Source of the DNA: Thermoplasmata archaeon
Lineage (GTDB): Archaea; Thermoplasmatota; Thermoplasmata; Lutacidiplasmatales; UBA184
DNA length: 64,000 nucleotides
Reading direction: 5' to 3'
Assembly: GCA_021816955.1 (NCBI GenBank)
Contig: JAKAWP010000001.1
Coordinates: 10,290-74,289, forward strand
Positions 1-7,960 of this stretch are shown piece after piece; the first letter of the stretch is position 1, and every line of letters starts with the position of its first letter. The position numbers and the translations under genes were made by a program. Below the pieces are notes generated by a model. It was not told the origin of the DNA. It saw only the letters and a list, made by a program, of their open reading frames with translations, and ran no database searches.

Positions 1-870
1 GACCGCTACATCCACGTGCTCGTGAACGAGAAGTTCGACCGGTCGATCCGGGTCGCGTACTCGAAGACCGAGAACGTCGAATCGCTCGACCAGCTCCAAC
101 ACGAACTCGTCCGGGAGGCGATGCGCTACGCCGGAGTCCACGACTCGCTCGAGATCCACACGATCGCCGACATCCCGAGCGAGGGGACCGGCCTCGGTTC
201 GTCGAGCGCCCTCACGGTCGGCCTCTTGAACGCCCTCTACGCCTACCGCGGCATCCTGAAGGACCCCGTCGAGCTCGCCGAGGCGGCGTGTCGGATCGAA
301 ATCGACGTGCTCCACGGCACGCTCGGCAAGCAGGACCAGTACATCGCCGCCCTCGGCGGCGTCCAGTACCTCGAATTCGAGGCGGACGACTCGGTACGCT
401 CGACGCCCCTCCCGCTGTCGACCCGCGACCGGGAGGCGCTCGGCGCGCACCTGTCGCTCTTCTATACCGGGATCACGCGCAACGCCCAGGGGATCCTCAA
501 GCAGATGGACGGCCGGACCGAGGCGAACCTCGCCGCCCTCGGGCGGATGCGCGAGCTCGCCGCCGCAGCGCGCGACGCGATCGTCGCGACGGATTGGGCC
601 GAACTCGGCCGACTGCTCGACGAAGGGTGGGCGCTCAAGCGCGGGCTTTCGAGCGGGATATCGACCGCGGAGATCGACCGGCAGTACGAGCGGGCGAAGG
701 CGGCCGGCGCCTGGGGCGGCAAGATCACGGGCGCGGGCGGCGGCGGGTTCCTCCTGCTCGTCCACCCCCCCGAACGGAGCGGTCAAATAGCGGACGCTCT
801 TCAACCGATGCGCCGGACGCCCGTGCGGATCGCACCGGTCGGCTCTCGGATTCTGTTCGTCGGACGATGA
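1..870 (+). CDS. hddA: GHMP kinase, D-glycero-alpha-D-manno-heptose-7-phosphate kinase-like (5' truncated by window)
   Basis: PSEGTGLGSSSA ATP loop, GKQDQY and GGKITGAGGGGF motifs; frame open from base 1; adjacent to a GmhA-like gene. Confidence 0.85.
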   Translation, partial: DRYIHVLVNEKFDRSIRVAYSKTENVESLDQLQHELVREAMRYAGVHDSLEIHTIADIPSEGTGLGSSSALTVGLLNALYAYRGILKDPVELAEAACRIEIDVLHGTLGKQDQYIAALGGVQYLEFEADDSVRSTPLPLSTRDREALGAHLSLFYTGITRNAQGILKQMDGRTEANLAALGRMRELAAAARDAIVATDWAELGRLLDEGWALKRGLSSGISTAEIDRQYERAKAAGAWGGKITGAGGGGFLLLVHPPERSGQIADALQPMRRTPVRIAPVGSRILFVGR

Positions 871-1460
871 CCGAGGCAAAGGGGCTCCCCGCGTACGTGC
901 GCCGCTACGTCGCGGAGACGAAGGCCGCGCTGGACGACGGCTACCTCGCGACCGCCGTCGCGGCGATCGTGCCGGTCTTCCTCAAAGCCCGGGACGCGGG
1001 TCGCACGATCTACTTCTTCGGGAACGGGGGAAGCGCCTCGACCGCCTCGCACTTCGTGGTCGACATCGCTAAGGCGACGATCCGCGGCGACGGCCGGCGG
1101 TTTCGGTGCGTCGCGCTCGTCGACAACGTGGAGAGCGTCACCGCCTGGGCGAACGACCTCGCGTACGCGCAGGTGTTCGCCCAGCAGCTCAAGACCCTCG
1201 CGCACCCGGGCGATGTCGCCGTCGGGATCTCGGGGAGCGGCAATTCGGCGAACGTCCTCGAGGCTGTCGCGGAGGCCCGACGGCTCGGCCTCGTGACGAT
1301 CGGGCTCACCGGCATGGGCGGCGGGAAGCTGAAGGGGATGGTCGACCACGCGCTCGTCGTCCCCTCGAACAGCATGCAGCACATCGAGGACGTTCACCTC
1401 CTCGTCTGCCACTTGCTCACCGCGTACCTCCGCGACGAAGCCCCCGCCGCCCCCCCATGA
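867..1460 (+). CDS. gmhA: SIS-domain phosphoheptose isomerase
   Basis: GNGGSAS.ASH, TAWAND, GISGSGNS.NV, IEDVH motifs; ATGA overlap with the kinase stop. Confidence 0.88.
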   Translation: MTEAKGLPAYVRRYVAETKAALDDGYLATAVAAIVPVFLKARDAGRTIYFFGNGGSASTASHFVVDIAKATIRGDGRRFRCVALVDNVESVTAWANDLAYAQVFAQQLKTLAHPGDVAVGISGSGNSANVLEAVAEARRLGLVTIGLTGMGGGKLKGMVDHALVVPSNSMQHIEDVHLLVCHLLTAYLRDEAPAAPP

Positions 1461-2299
1461 CCGTCGCGGTCCGCGACTACATGATCCTCGAGGTCGAGAA
1501 GGTCCCCGAGTCGGCGACGATCGAGGAGGCGACGCGCCGGCTCCTCCAAGGTCGGCACCACGGTCTACCGGTCACGGACGCCGACGGGAAGCTCGTCGGG
1601 TTCGTCAGTTCGAAGGAGCTGTTGCGCCACCAGGGCGAGCGGACCCTCCCGCTCAAGCGGATCCTCCGGCCCGGCACGTATACCGCCCGGCCCGAGACCC
1701 CGCTCGACGACGCGGCGCGGGTGATGTTCCGCTACGGGCTGCGCGACCTTCCGATCATCGACGACGACGGGCGGCTCTGCGGGATCATCTCGAACCTCGA
1801 CATCGTCCGGTCGCACTTCGAGCGCGCCTCCCCCCAGAAGGCCGACACGCTCCGCACGCTCCTCACGGAGCGCTACCGGCTCTCCTTCGGGATGCGCCGC
1901 GGCGTCGTCCCGATCGACCGGCTCCGCCCGACGCAAGGGAAGGTCTTCGAGGACGAGCTCGAAGGCCGTCGCTACGAGCTCGAGCGAGGGTTCGCCGAGC
2001 CGGTCCTCGTGGTCGAGAAGGGCGACCAACTCCTCCTCGTCGACGGCCATCACCGGGCGCTCGCGGCCCGGGAGATGGGGCTCACCCAGCTCCAGGCGTT
2101 CATCATCGCGTGCGAGCGGCCCGAGGAGTTCGCGCGGCTCGAGCTCGGGTTCGAACGCGGGGCGAAGGCCCAGCGGCTCGAGCGCCTCGACGACATCGAG
2201 GTCGACCGATCCGCCCATCACCCGCTCATCGAAGTGACGACCCAGCTGCTCCGCCGGTTCGAGGCCGGGTCGGGCGCCGCCCCTCCGCCCGTTCCCTGA
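1457..2299 (+). CDS. CBS-pair plus ParB/Sulfiredoxin-like domain protein
   Basis: Two CBS repeats (HGLPVTD..GKLVG; LPIIDD.GRLCGII), then IDRLRPTQ...LLLVDGHHR; ATGA-coupled. Confidence 0.85.
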   Translation: MTVAVRDYMILEVEKVPESATIEEATRRLLQGRHHGLPVTDADGKLVGFVSSKELLRHQGERTLPLKRILRPGTYTARPETPLDDAARVMFRYGLRDLPIIDDDGRLCGIISNLDIVRSHFERASPQKADTLRTLLTERYRLSFGMRRGVVPIDRLRPTQGKVFEDELEGRRYELERGFAEPVLVVEKGDQLLLVDGHHRALAAREMGLTQLQAFIIACERPEEFARLELGFERGAKAQRLERLDDIEVDRSAHHPLIEVTTQLLRRFEAGSGAAPPPVP

Positions 2300-2320
2300 C
2301 GGGGGTCGCTCGCCGAAGGA

Positions 2321-2340
2321 TTCGTACAACACCGATATCA
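2321..2340 (+). promoter_or_regulatory. Promoter of tandem cupredoxin: TTCGTAC-N6-GATATC
   Basis: GTAC 2324-2327, TATA-like GATATC 2334-2339, ATG at 2368. Confidence 0.5.
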
Positions 2341-2367
2341 ACCGACCCCCCGTCCAACCGCCGTTCG

Positions 2368-3432
2368 ATGGCCGCGCATCGTTCGCGTCGCCGGTGGGCG
2401 TACGCTCGAATCGTTCCGTGGGGGGTGGTCGGCGTGCTGCTCCTCGCGCTCGCCGGCCCGGGGCTGTCGTGGGCGGCGCCGTACCACCGGTCGGTCGTCG
2501 AGGTCGGCTACGCTACGGCGATCCCCGGCGCCGCCCCCGGGCCGACGGTCCTACCGGTCAACCTCACGGACGCCCCCGCGTTCGATCCGAACAATCTCAC
2601 CGCCCCCGCCTCCGTCAACGTGACGCTGCGCCTGTCGAACACGGGCGCTTACGACCACACGTTCACGCTCTCAAGCGTCCCCGGTCGCGCCGTGTTGAAG
2701 CCGACCTGGACCCCGCGGCAGGTCGATCAGTTCTTCCAGAACCACACCCCGATCGTCAACGTCAGCGTCGCTCCCGGCGCCACGGTTGTCGTGAATCTAT
2801 CGTTCGCGCCGTCCCAGGCGCTCAACTACTACCAGTACGTCAGCGTCGTGCCGTACCAGTTCCAGGCGGGCATGGCCGGGGTCTTCTACGTGTCGGGTGG
2901 GAGCCCCTCGTACAACCTCACGGAGAGCACCACGGACAGCTTGTCGTTCCTTCCGAACGAGCTCGCCGTGCTCAACGTCACGCACTTTCCCGTGATCGCG
3001 CACGTCGTGGTGACGAACACCGGTACGTTCAGCCACACCTTCACGGTCTCGCCCCTCGCGAACTACACGATCTCGGTCGCGAACTACACCTCGTTCTTTT
3101 TCACCAACACGCCGCTGATCAGTCTCCCGGTGCCGAGCGGGGCCGGCAGCACGGTGGCCGGGAACCTCACGATTCGGGGCCCGGGGGTGTACGAGTACAT
3201 CTGCCTCATCCCCGGCCACTTCGCGGCCGGGATGTACGGGTTCTTGTACGTCAACCTCCCGCCCCCACCGCCCCCGCCCGCGCCGAGCACGGCGCTGATC
3301 CAAGGGTGGCTCCTCGGGATCGCCGCGATCTTCCTCGGCGTCGCGCTCGTGCTCGCGTTCGCGGTCTCGTACATCGGCCGCCGGCCTCGCGAGCCGACCC
3401 CCGTCCCCGAGTCCCCCGCCTCCCCTCACTGA
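2368..3432 (+). CDS. Secreted, C-terminally anchored tandem cupredoxin (sulfocyanin/rusticyanin-like)
   Basis: Arg-rich signal plus hydrophobic stretch; two repeats with NTG.x.HTFT; second repeat has YEYICLIPGHFAAGM type-1 Cu motif; poly-Pro linker and TM anchor. Confidence 0.85.
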   Translation: MAAHRSRRRWAYARIVPWGVVGVLLLALAGPGLSWAAPYHRSVVEVGYATAIPGAAPGPTVLPVNLTDAPAFDPNNLTAPASVNVTLRLSNTGAYDHTFTLSSVPGRAVLKPTWTPRQVDQFFQNHTPIVNVSVAPGATVVVNLSFAPSQALNYYQYVSVVPYQFQAGMAGVFYVSGGSPSYNLTESTTDSLSFLPNELAVLNVTHFPVIAHVVVTNTGTFSHTFTVSPLANYTISVANYTSFFFTNTPLISLPVPSGAGSTVAGNLTIRGPGVYEYICLIPGHFAAGMYGFLYVNLPPPPPPPAPSTALIQGWLLGIAAIFLGVALVLAFAVSYIGRRPREPTPVPESPASPH

Positions 3433-3570
3433 GCCGCGGAGCGAAGCGCGGAACCGTTCCGTCGAGCCCGAGCGGCGGACGCGCAGGCGAAACCGCCGGT
3501 TTGCATCCGCACCGGCCGGGACGAGAGCGGCGAACCGTCTTGTCGCACGAAAGAGGACGACGGAGGGAGA

Positions 3571-4008
3571 CTAGGTCACGACGAGCAGCGAGCGCATGTC
3601 CCCGTGGCCCTCGCCGCAGAACTCGGTGCACTGGATGAGGTACGTCGTCCCCGGCGTGTTCGGCACCGTGAAGGCGATGCGGTTGATCCGGCCGGGAATC
3701 GCGTCCAACCGGACCCCGAGGGCGGGGATGTTGAACGAATGGACGACGGCCGTGCTCGTGATATTGAGCTGGATCAGGGCGCCCGCGGGGGCCCACAACG
3801 GGATGTCCGACGCGTTGGTCGCCCCGCAGCCGGTCTGGTTTTGATAGCAGAACTGCCAGTAGAACCGGTGCCCGATCACGGTCACGGTCTCGACCGGGTT
3901 CGGCGGGAGCTGGCCGAGGTTGTACAGCAGAAACGTGGAGTAGACCCCGACGCCGGCGATGAGGACGACGACCGCGAGGGTCCAGGCGAGTTCGACGCGG
4001 CTAGCCAT
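3571..4008 (-). CDS. coxB: Heme-copper oxidase subunit II, CuA domain plus second TM helix
   Basis: ELAWT helix motif, GHRFYW, VVHSF.IP, DAIPG, CTEFCGEGHGDM CuA ligands. Confidence 0.92.
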   Translation of the reverse strand: MASRVELAWTLAVVVLIAGVGVYSTFLLYNLGQLPPNPVETVTVIGHRFYWQFCYQNQTGCGATNASDIPLWAPAGALIQLNITSTAVVHSFNIPALGVRLDAIPGRINRIAFTVPNTPGTTYLIQCTEFCGEGHGDMRSLLVVT

Positions 4009-4231
4009 ATCGCCGGCGGCGCGTCGCGGGATCGCGGTAGCGCCAGATCGAGTAGAAGAGGAAGGCGAACGTGATCACCGCGCCTCCGGCCGCGATGCCC
4101 GTGATCACCCAGACGAGCGGCATCGTCTGCTCGATCGGGGTCTGGGCGGCAAACGCCGCGGCGCCCAGCGCGATGGCGGTGACGCCGGCGCTCCGTCGGA
4201 CGACTCCCCGTCCGGCGCTCAGAGTCGACAC
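4001..4231 (-). CDS. Small membrane protein equivalent to the N-terminal signal and first TM helix of oxidase subunit II (split coxB 5' part)
   Basis: GTG start 30 nt below a TATA-like CATAAG; ...LVWVITGIAAGGAVITFAFLFYSIWRYR resembles COX2 TM1; 8-nt overlap ATGGCTAG with coxB. Confidence 0.7.
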   Translation of the reverse strand: MSTLSAGRGVVRRSAGVTAIALGAAAFAAQTPIEQTMPLVWVITGIAAGGAVITFAFLFYSIWRYRDPATRRRRYG

Positions 4232-4255
4232 GTCGAACGCTCTGAGACGGAAGTT

Positions 4256-4274
4256 CTTATGGCCCGCGTACGAA
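4256..4274 (-). promoter_or_regulatory. Promoter of split coxB: TTCGTAC-N6-CATAAG
   Basis: Minus strand reads TTCGTAC gcgggc CATAAG; same spacing as at 2321 and 6370. Confidence 0.5.
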
Positions 4275-4391
4275 CGCGCGGCCGACCGTCCGCCCTCTCG
4301 ACTTCGGTCGGCGGGCCGTTCCCCCACCGCCGAGGGCGCACGGCCGTATGTACGGAACGGCTTTGAATCGACCGTAGCGTAGCGCCGCCGT

Positions 4392-5165
4392 ATGCCGAAA
4401 CGCGGGCCGCGGGTCGCGACTCTCGCTCGGGCCGTGACCGTGGGCGTCGTGTCGGTCGTGTTGCTGGCCGTGATCGGCGCTGGGGCGGCCCACCCGCCGC
4501 TCCCCGGGCTCCCGACGACGCCGTCCACGATCCGGACCGCCCAAGGATCGACCGTCGTCACGATCAGCGTGGGCGAGGCGTATGCGTTCTCCCCGAACAT
4601 CGTGAGCAACCTTCCGCTGAACACGACGATCGAATTCGACCTCATGACGGTCCAGCCGTCCGGCCACTACTTCACGCTCGTCAACGCGAGCAACGAAGGA
4701 TACGACATCGCGACCGGCCTCGGCGGCGGGAATCCGGGGTCGGTCACCCCCACGCAGCTCGACAATTTCTTTAAGAAGCACCCTCCGACCGTGAGTGTCG
4801 CGTTCGGAACGAACCCGGGCGACCAGGTCTTCATCAACATCACCTCCCTCCCGAAGGGATGGTACGAGTTCGTCTGCACGGTTGCTGGCCACTTCCAAGG
4901 CGGGATGTTCGGCTACCTCGCCTTCGGCATGGCCGTGCCCGGTAACCTGAGCGGCGGCGGTCCGACCAACGCCGTCGGCCTTCCCGTCTACATCATTGTC
5001 GGGACGATCGTCACCCTCGTCGTGATCGCGATGGTTCTCGGGTTTGTCATCGGACGGCGACGGCAGGGCGAGGAGATGCCGCCCGAGCGTCTCGGCTACC
5101 CGGAGCCGGCCCCTCCGTCCGCTCCCGAGACTCCCGCGGGCGGACCCCGCGGCCCCGCGCCGTAG
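4392..5165 (+). CDS. Membrane-anchored blue copper protein (sulfocyanin/rusticyanin-like)
   Basis: Signal peptide, GHYFT, YEFVCTVAGHFQGGM type-1 Cu motif, C-terminal TM helix followed by RRR. Confidence 0.88.
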   Translation: MPKRGPRVATLARAVTVGVVSVVLLAVIGAGAAHPPLPGLPTTPSTIRTAQGSTVVTISVGEAYAFSPNIVSNLPLNTTIEFDLMTVQPSGHYFTLVNASNEGYDIATGLGGGNPGSVTPTQLDNFFKKHPPTVSVAFGTNPGDQVFINITSLPKGWYEFVCTVAGHFQGGMFGYLAFGMAVPGNLSGGGPTNAVGLPVYIIVGTIVTLVVIAMVLGFVIGRRRQGEEMPPERLGYPEPAPPSAPETPAGGPRGPAP

Positions 5166-5233
5166 CCGAAGTTCGAACGGTACGCACCAGAACCAATACG
5201 CACGCAACGTTCAAAAAGGCAGGTCGGGTCTAC

Positions 5234-5248
5234 CTACGAGCCTCGTAG
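5234..5248. promoter_or_regulatory. Perfect palindrome CTACGAG-C-CTCGTAG upstream of the AbrB-PhoU regulator (putative operator)
   Basis: 7-bp arms with 1-nt spacer, between TATA-like TTCAAAAA (5210) and ATG 5270. Confidence 0.5.
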
Positions 5249-5269
5249 TAGGTTCGTGGGGGAAAGTCG

Positions 5270-6310
5270 ATGGCGTGGGCGACGCCGAGCCGAGAGCGCC
5301 GGGTGCTGAAAGCGGGCCATTCGTCGATCGCGGTGACGCTGCCGAAACCGTGGGCCGAGGCGATGAACCTTCGACCGGGGGACCTCATCGTCTTCGACCA
5401 GAACGATGACGGCACGCTGTTCTTGAAACCCGCCCCGACCGGGGCCGTCGGGACACCGGCCGCGCCGTACCTCGTCCAAGGCCACGCCTTCGAGGTGCCG
5501 GGCATGATCGAGCGGCTTGTGGTGGCGGCGTACCGGGCCGGCCACGACGCGATTGAGATCCGCAGCGAACGGCCGTTCTCCCCCGAGCGGGTCGAGGAGC
5601 TGCACACCACGGCCCGGGGGCTGCTCGGCGTGAGCGTCGTCGCGCTCGAACCGAGCCGGGTCGTGCTGCAGAACTTCATCGACCCGTCGAAGTACGGCCT
5701 TCCCCAGCTCGTCCAGCGGATGAAGATGATCTTGGTCGCCTTCCTCGAGGAGATCGAGGAGCTTCTCGCCCGTCACAGCCGCACCCGTCGCCTCGCGACG
5801 CTCCAAGAGGAGGCGAACAAAGTCCTCGCGTTGCTCGTCCGCCAACTGTTCCTGGCGAGCCGGGACTGGTCGCTCGCGCGCCGGATCGGCTCGCCGGACC
5901 CGCGCCAACTGCTCGAGTGGCGGGTGGTCGTCCACGCCCTCGAGGAGCTCTCCCTTTTGTTCAAGGAGGCGGTGATCGCGCTGAACCAGGATCCGCAGAA
6001 GCTGACGGGGCTCACCGCGAGCCTCGAGGCGTTCCTGCCCGAGCTGAAGAGCCACCTCAAGCAGGTCGTCGACGCCCTCATGCATCCGTCCCTCGACCAC
6101 GCGTGCGAGGTGCACCACATGAGCGTCCAGCTCTGGGAGGCCGCGGGGGACGCGGCGGAGCGCCTCAAGGGGGTCGCGAAGCGCAACGGCGCCCACGCGG
6201 CCACGATGGCGCTGCAGCGGGGAACCAGCTGCCTCGCCCAACTCGCGAGCGTCGCCATCGACCGGGCCGTCGCGTCGGGCGGCGAAACGATCTTGGTCGA
6301 GGCGGCCTAG
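5270..6310 (+). CDS. AbrB/MazE-type DNA-binding domain plus PhoU-repeat regulator
   Basis: RRVLKAGHSSIAVTLPKPWA N-terminal AbrB motif, IERLVVAAYRAGHD.IEI, helical C-terminal repeats. Confidence 0.8.
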   Translation: MAWATPSRERRVLKAGHSSIAVTLPKPWAEAMNLRPGDLIVFDQNDDGTLFLKPAPTGAVGTPAAPYLVQGHAFEVPGMIERLVVAAYRAGHDAIEIRSERPFSPERVEELHTTARGLLGVSVVALEPSRVVLQNFIDPSKYGLPQLVQRMKMILVAFLEEIEELLARHSRTRRLATLQEEANKVLALLVRQLFLASRDWSLARRIGSPDPRQLLEWRVVVHALEELSLLFKEAVIALNQDPQKLTGLTASLEAFLPELKSHLKQVVDALMHPSLDHACEVHHMSVQLWEAAGDAAERLKGVAKRNGAHAATMALQRGTSCLAQLASVAIDRAVASGGETILVEAA

Positions 6311-6367
6311 CCGCGGTCGGTCGTTCATAAGGGGCGCGTATGGACGGTCCCTACGCGTCGAGCCGTC

Positions 6368-6385
6368 CCGTACGAACCGCATATC
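6368..6385 (+). promoter_or_regulatory. Promoter of tat/Rieske/oxidase operon: GTAC-N6-CATATC
   Basis: GTAC 6370-6373, CATATC 6380-6385; GAGGT Shine-Dalgarno before ATG 6420. Confidence 0.5.
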
Positions 6386-6419
6386 CCCCGTCCCTCGCTC
6401 GGTCGGCGAGGTAACGCCG

Positions 6420-6626
6420 ATGTTCGACTCGATCGATGATTGGCTGATCATCGCGGTGGTCGCCGGAATCCTGTTCTATGGGTCGAGCAAGATTCCCGCC
6501 CTCGCGCGAAGTCTCGGCCGATCGGTGGGGGAGTTCAAGCGGGGACGGATGGAAGTCGACCGAGAGTTGAAGGCCGAGGCGGCGGCCCCGGCCGCGCCGG
6601 GGCCGAGCGCACCCCCTTCCCGATAG
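6420..6626 (+). CDS. tatA: Twin-arginine translocase TatA
   Basis: Short TM then LFYGSSKIPALARSLGRSVGEFKRG amphipathic helix. Confidence 0.92.
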   Translation: MFDSIDDWLIIAVVAGILFYGSSKIPALARSLGRSVGEFKRGRMEVDRELKAEAAAPAAPGPSAPPSR

Positions 6627-6726
6627 ACCGCGGCCGCCGCGGGGGACGATGGAGCGTCGAGTCCGAACCGCCTCGTCCGGCCCGATGGGCCGGCGGAGGA
6701 GGACCGGCCGAGGTGGCTGGTGATCG

Positions 6727-7563
6727 ATGCGGGATCTCGACCGGATCCTTTCGGTTCTCGGAGAGGTTCGCCACCGGGCCGTCCGGATCGCGCTCGTGCT
6801 CGTCCCACTGTTCGGGTTCCTGATCGCGTTCCGGTTGGTCCGGTTCGAGGTGGCGATCGGGCCGTTCTCGTTCGTCTTCGCCTATCCGTTTCCGAGTCCG
6901 TTCGACAATGTCAGCGCCCAAGTGTTCCGGGCGATGGCCGCCTACGCGCTGCCGAGCGGGGTCTCCTTGCTCAACCTCGGGGTCGGCGATTCGGTCTTTG
7001 TCCAGATGGAGATCGCGCTGCTCCTCACGCTCATCTTCGGCATGCCGTGGATCGTCCACGAGGTCGGGGCGTTTTTGGTGCCGGCGCTTCGCCGCAACGA
7101 ACGCGGACTGATCCGCCAGATCGGTCTTCCCGCCACCGGACTGTTTGCGGTCGGCGCCCTGCTCGGCTTCTTCGTCCTGACGCCGTTCACGCTTCGGCTC
7201 CTGTTCCTGTACGTCGCCTCCCTGGGCCTGGCCCCTGCGATGGGCGTGCAGAGCTTCGCGACGTTCGTGCTGCTGTACTCCCTCGGTTTCGGGGTCGTCT
7301 TCGAGCTGCCGGTCTTCTTGTACGCGCTCACCCGGCTCGGGCTCGTTCGGGCGGCGACCTGGCGCAAGCAGTGGCGGGTCGCCGTGATCGCCTCGCTCGT
7401 CTTCGGCATGGTGATCACGCCGGACAATTCGGGGATCACGATGCTCCTGATCGCCGGTCCGATGTTCGGCCTCTACGCGGGCGGAGCGTACTTCGCGTCG
7501 CGCTACGAGCGGCTGCGCGACGCCGGTCGCGAACGCCCGATCGCCCCCACGGCCGGAGGCTAG
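6727..7563 (+). CDS. tatC: Twin-arginine translocase TatC
   Basis: FLVPALRRNER, FGVVFELP, VITPDNSG motifs; about six TM helices. Confidence 0.92.
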   Translation: MRDLDRILSVLGEVRHRAVRIALVLVPLFGFLIAFRLVRFEVAIGPFSFVFAYPFPSPFDNVSAQVFRAMAAYALPSGVSLLNLGVGDSVFVQMEIALLLTLIFGMPWIVHEVGAFLVPALRRNERGLIRQIGLPATGLFAVGALLGFFVLTPFTLRLLFLYVASLGLAPAMGVQSFATFVLLYSLGFGVVFELPVFLYALTRLGLVRAATWRKQWRVAVIASLVFGMVITPDNSGITMLLIAGPMFGLYAGGAYFASRYERLRDAGRERPIAPTAGG

Positions 7564-7567
7564 GCTA

Positions 7568-7960
7568 GTGTCGCTGTTCAGCGAGATGGACTGGATCGTG
7601 CTCCTCGCGATCGGGGGGCTCGTGCTGCTCGGCAACGGCGGAACCAGCGCGTTGCGGATGCTCGGGCGGCTCTACGGTCGGGCCGTGCGGATGAAGCGCG
7701 AGCTGCTGAGCGAAGTCGCCCGTGCGGCGGACCTCCCGCCGCCGATCGAAGGGCAGCCGACGAGCGTTCGCGCGATGCTCCTCGGCGTCGATCCGACTCC
7801 CGAATCGAACGTCCCGTCCGTCGCCGCCGCCATGGCGGTACCGCTCGCCGGCTTTTCCAGTCGGTCGGTCGCGACCGCTGCGCGCGCCGACGGGCCGCCG
7901 CCGAGCGTGTGGAGCCGCACCGTCCCGTTCGACCCGTCCGAAGCGAGGTGGACCCGGTGA
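7568..7960 (+). CDS. Second TatA/TatB-family protein with long C-terminal tail
   Basis: EMDWIVLLAIGGLVLLG TM, then amphipathic LRMLGRLYGRAVRMKREL; directly after tatC. Confidence 0.65.
   Translation: MSLFSEMDWIVLLAIGGLVLLGNGGTSALRMLGRLYGRAVRMKRELLSEVARAADLPPPIEGQPTSVRAMLLGVDPTPESNVPSVAAAMAVPLAGFSSRSVATAARADGPPPSVWSRTVPFDPSEARWTR

Noticed and set aside
3990-4003. Pyrrolysine/amber readthrough at the TAG in split coxB
   Set aside because: In-frame readthrough gives PRRTRLD..., not the CoxB sequence; a +1 shift is needed
4281-4312. Inverted repeat GCCGACCG-N16-CGGTCGGC in the divergent coxB/cupredoxin promoter
   Set aside because: Almost all GC and a single instance; compatible with chance at this composition
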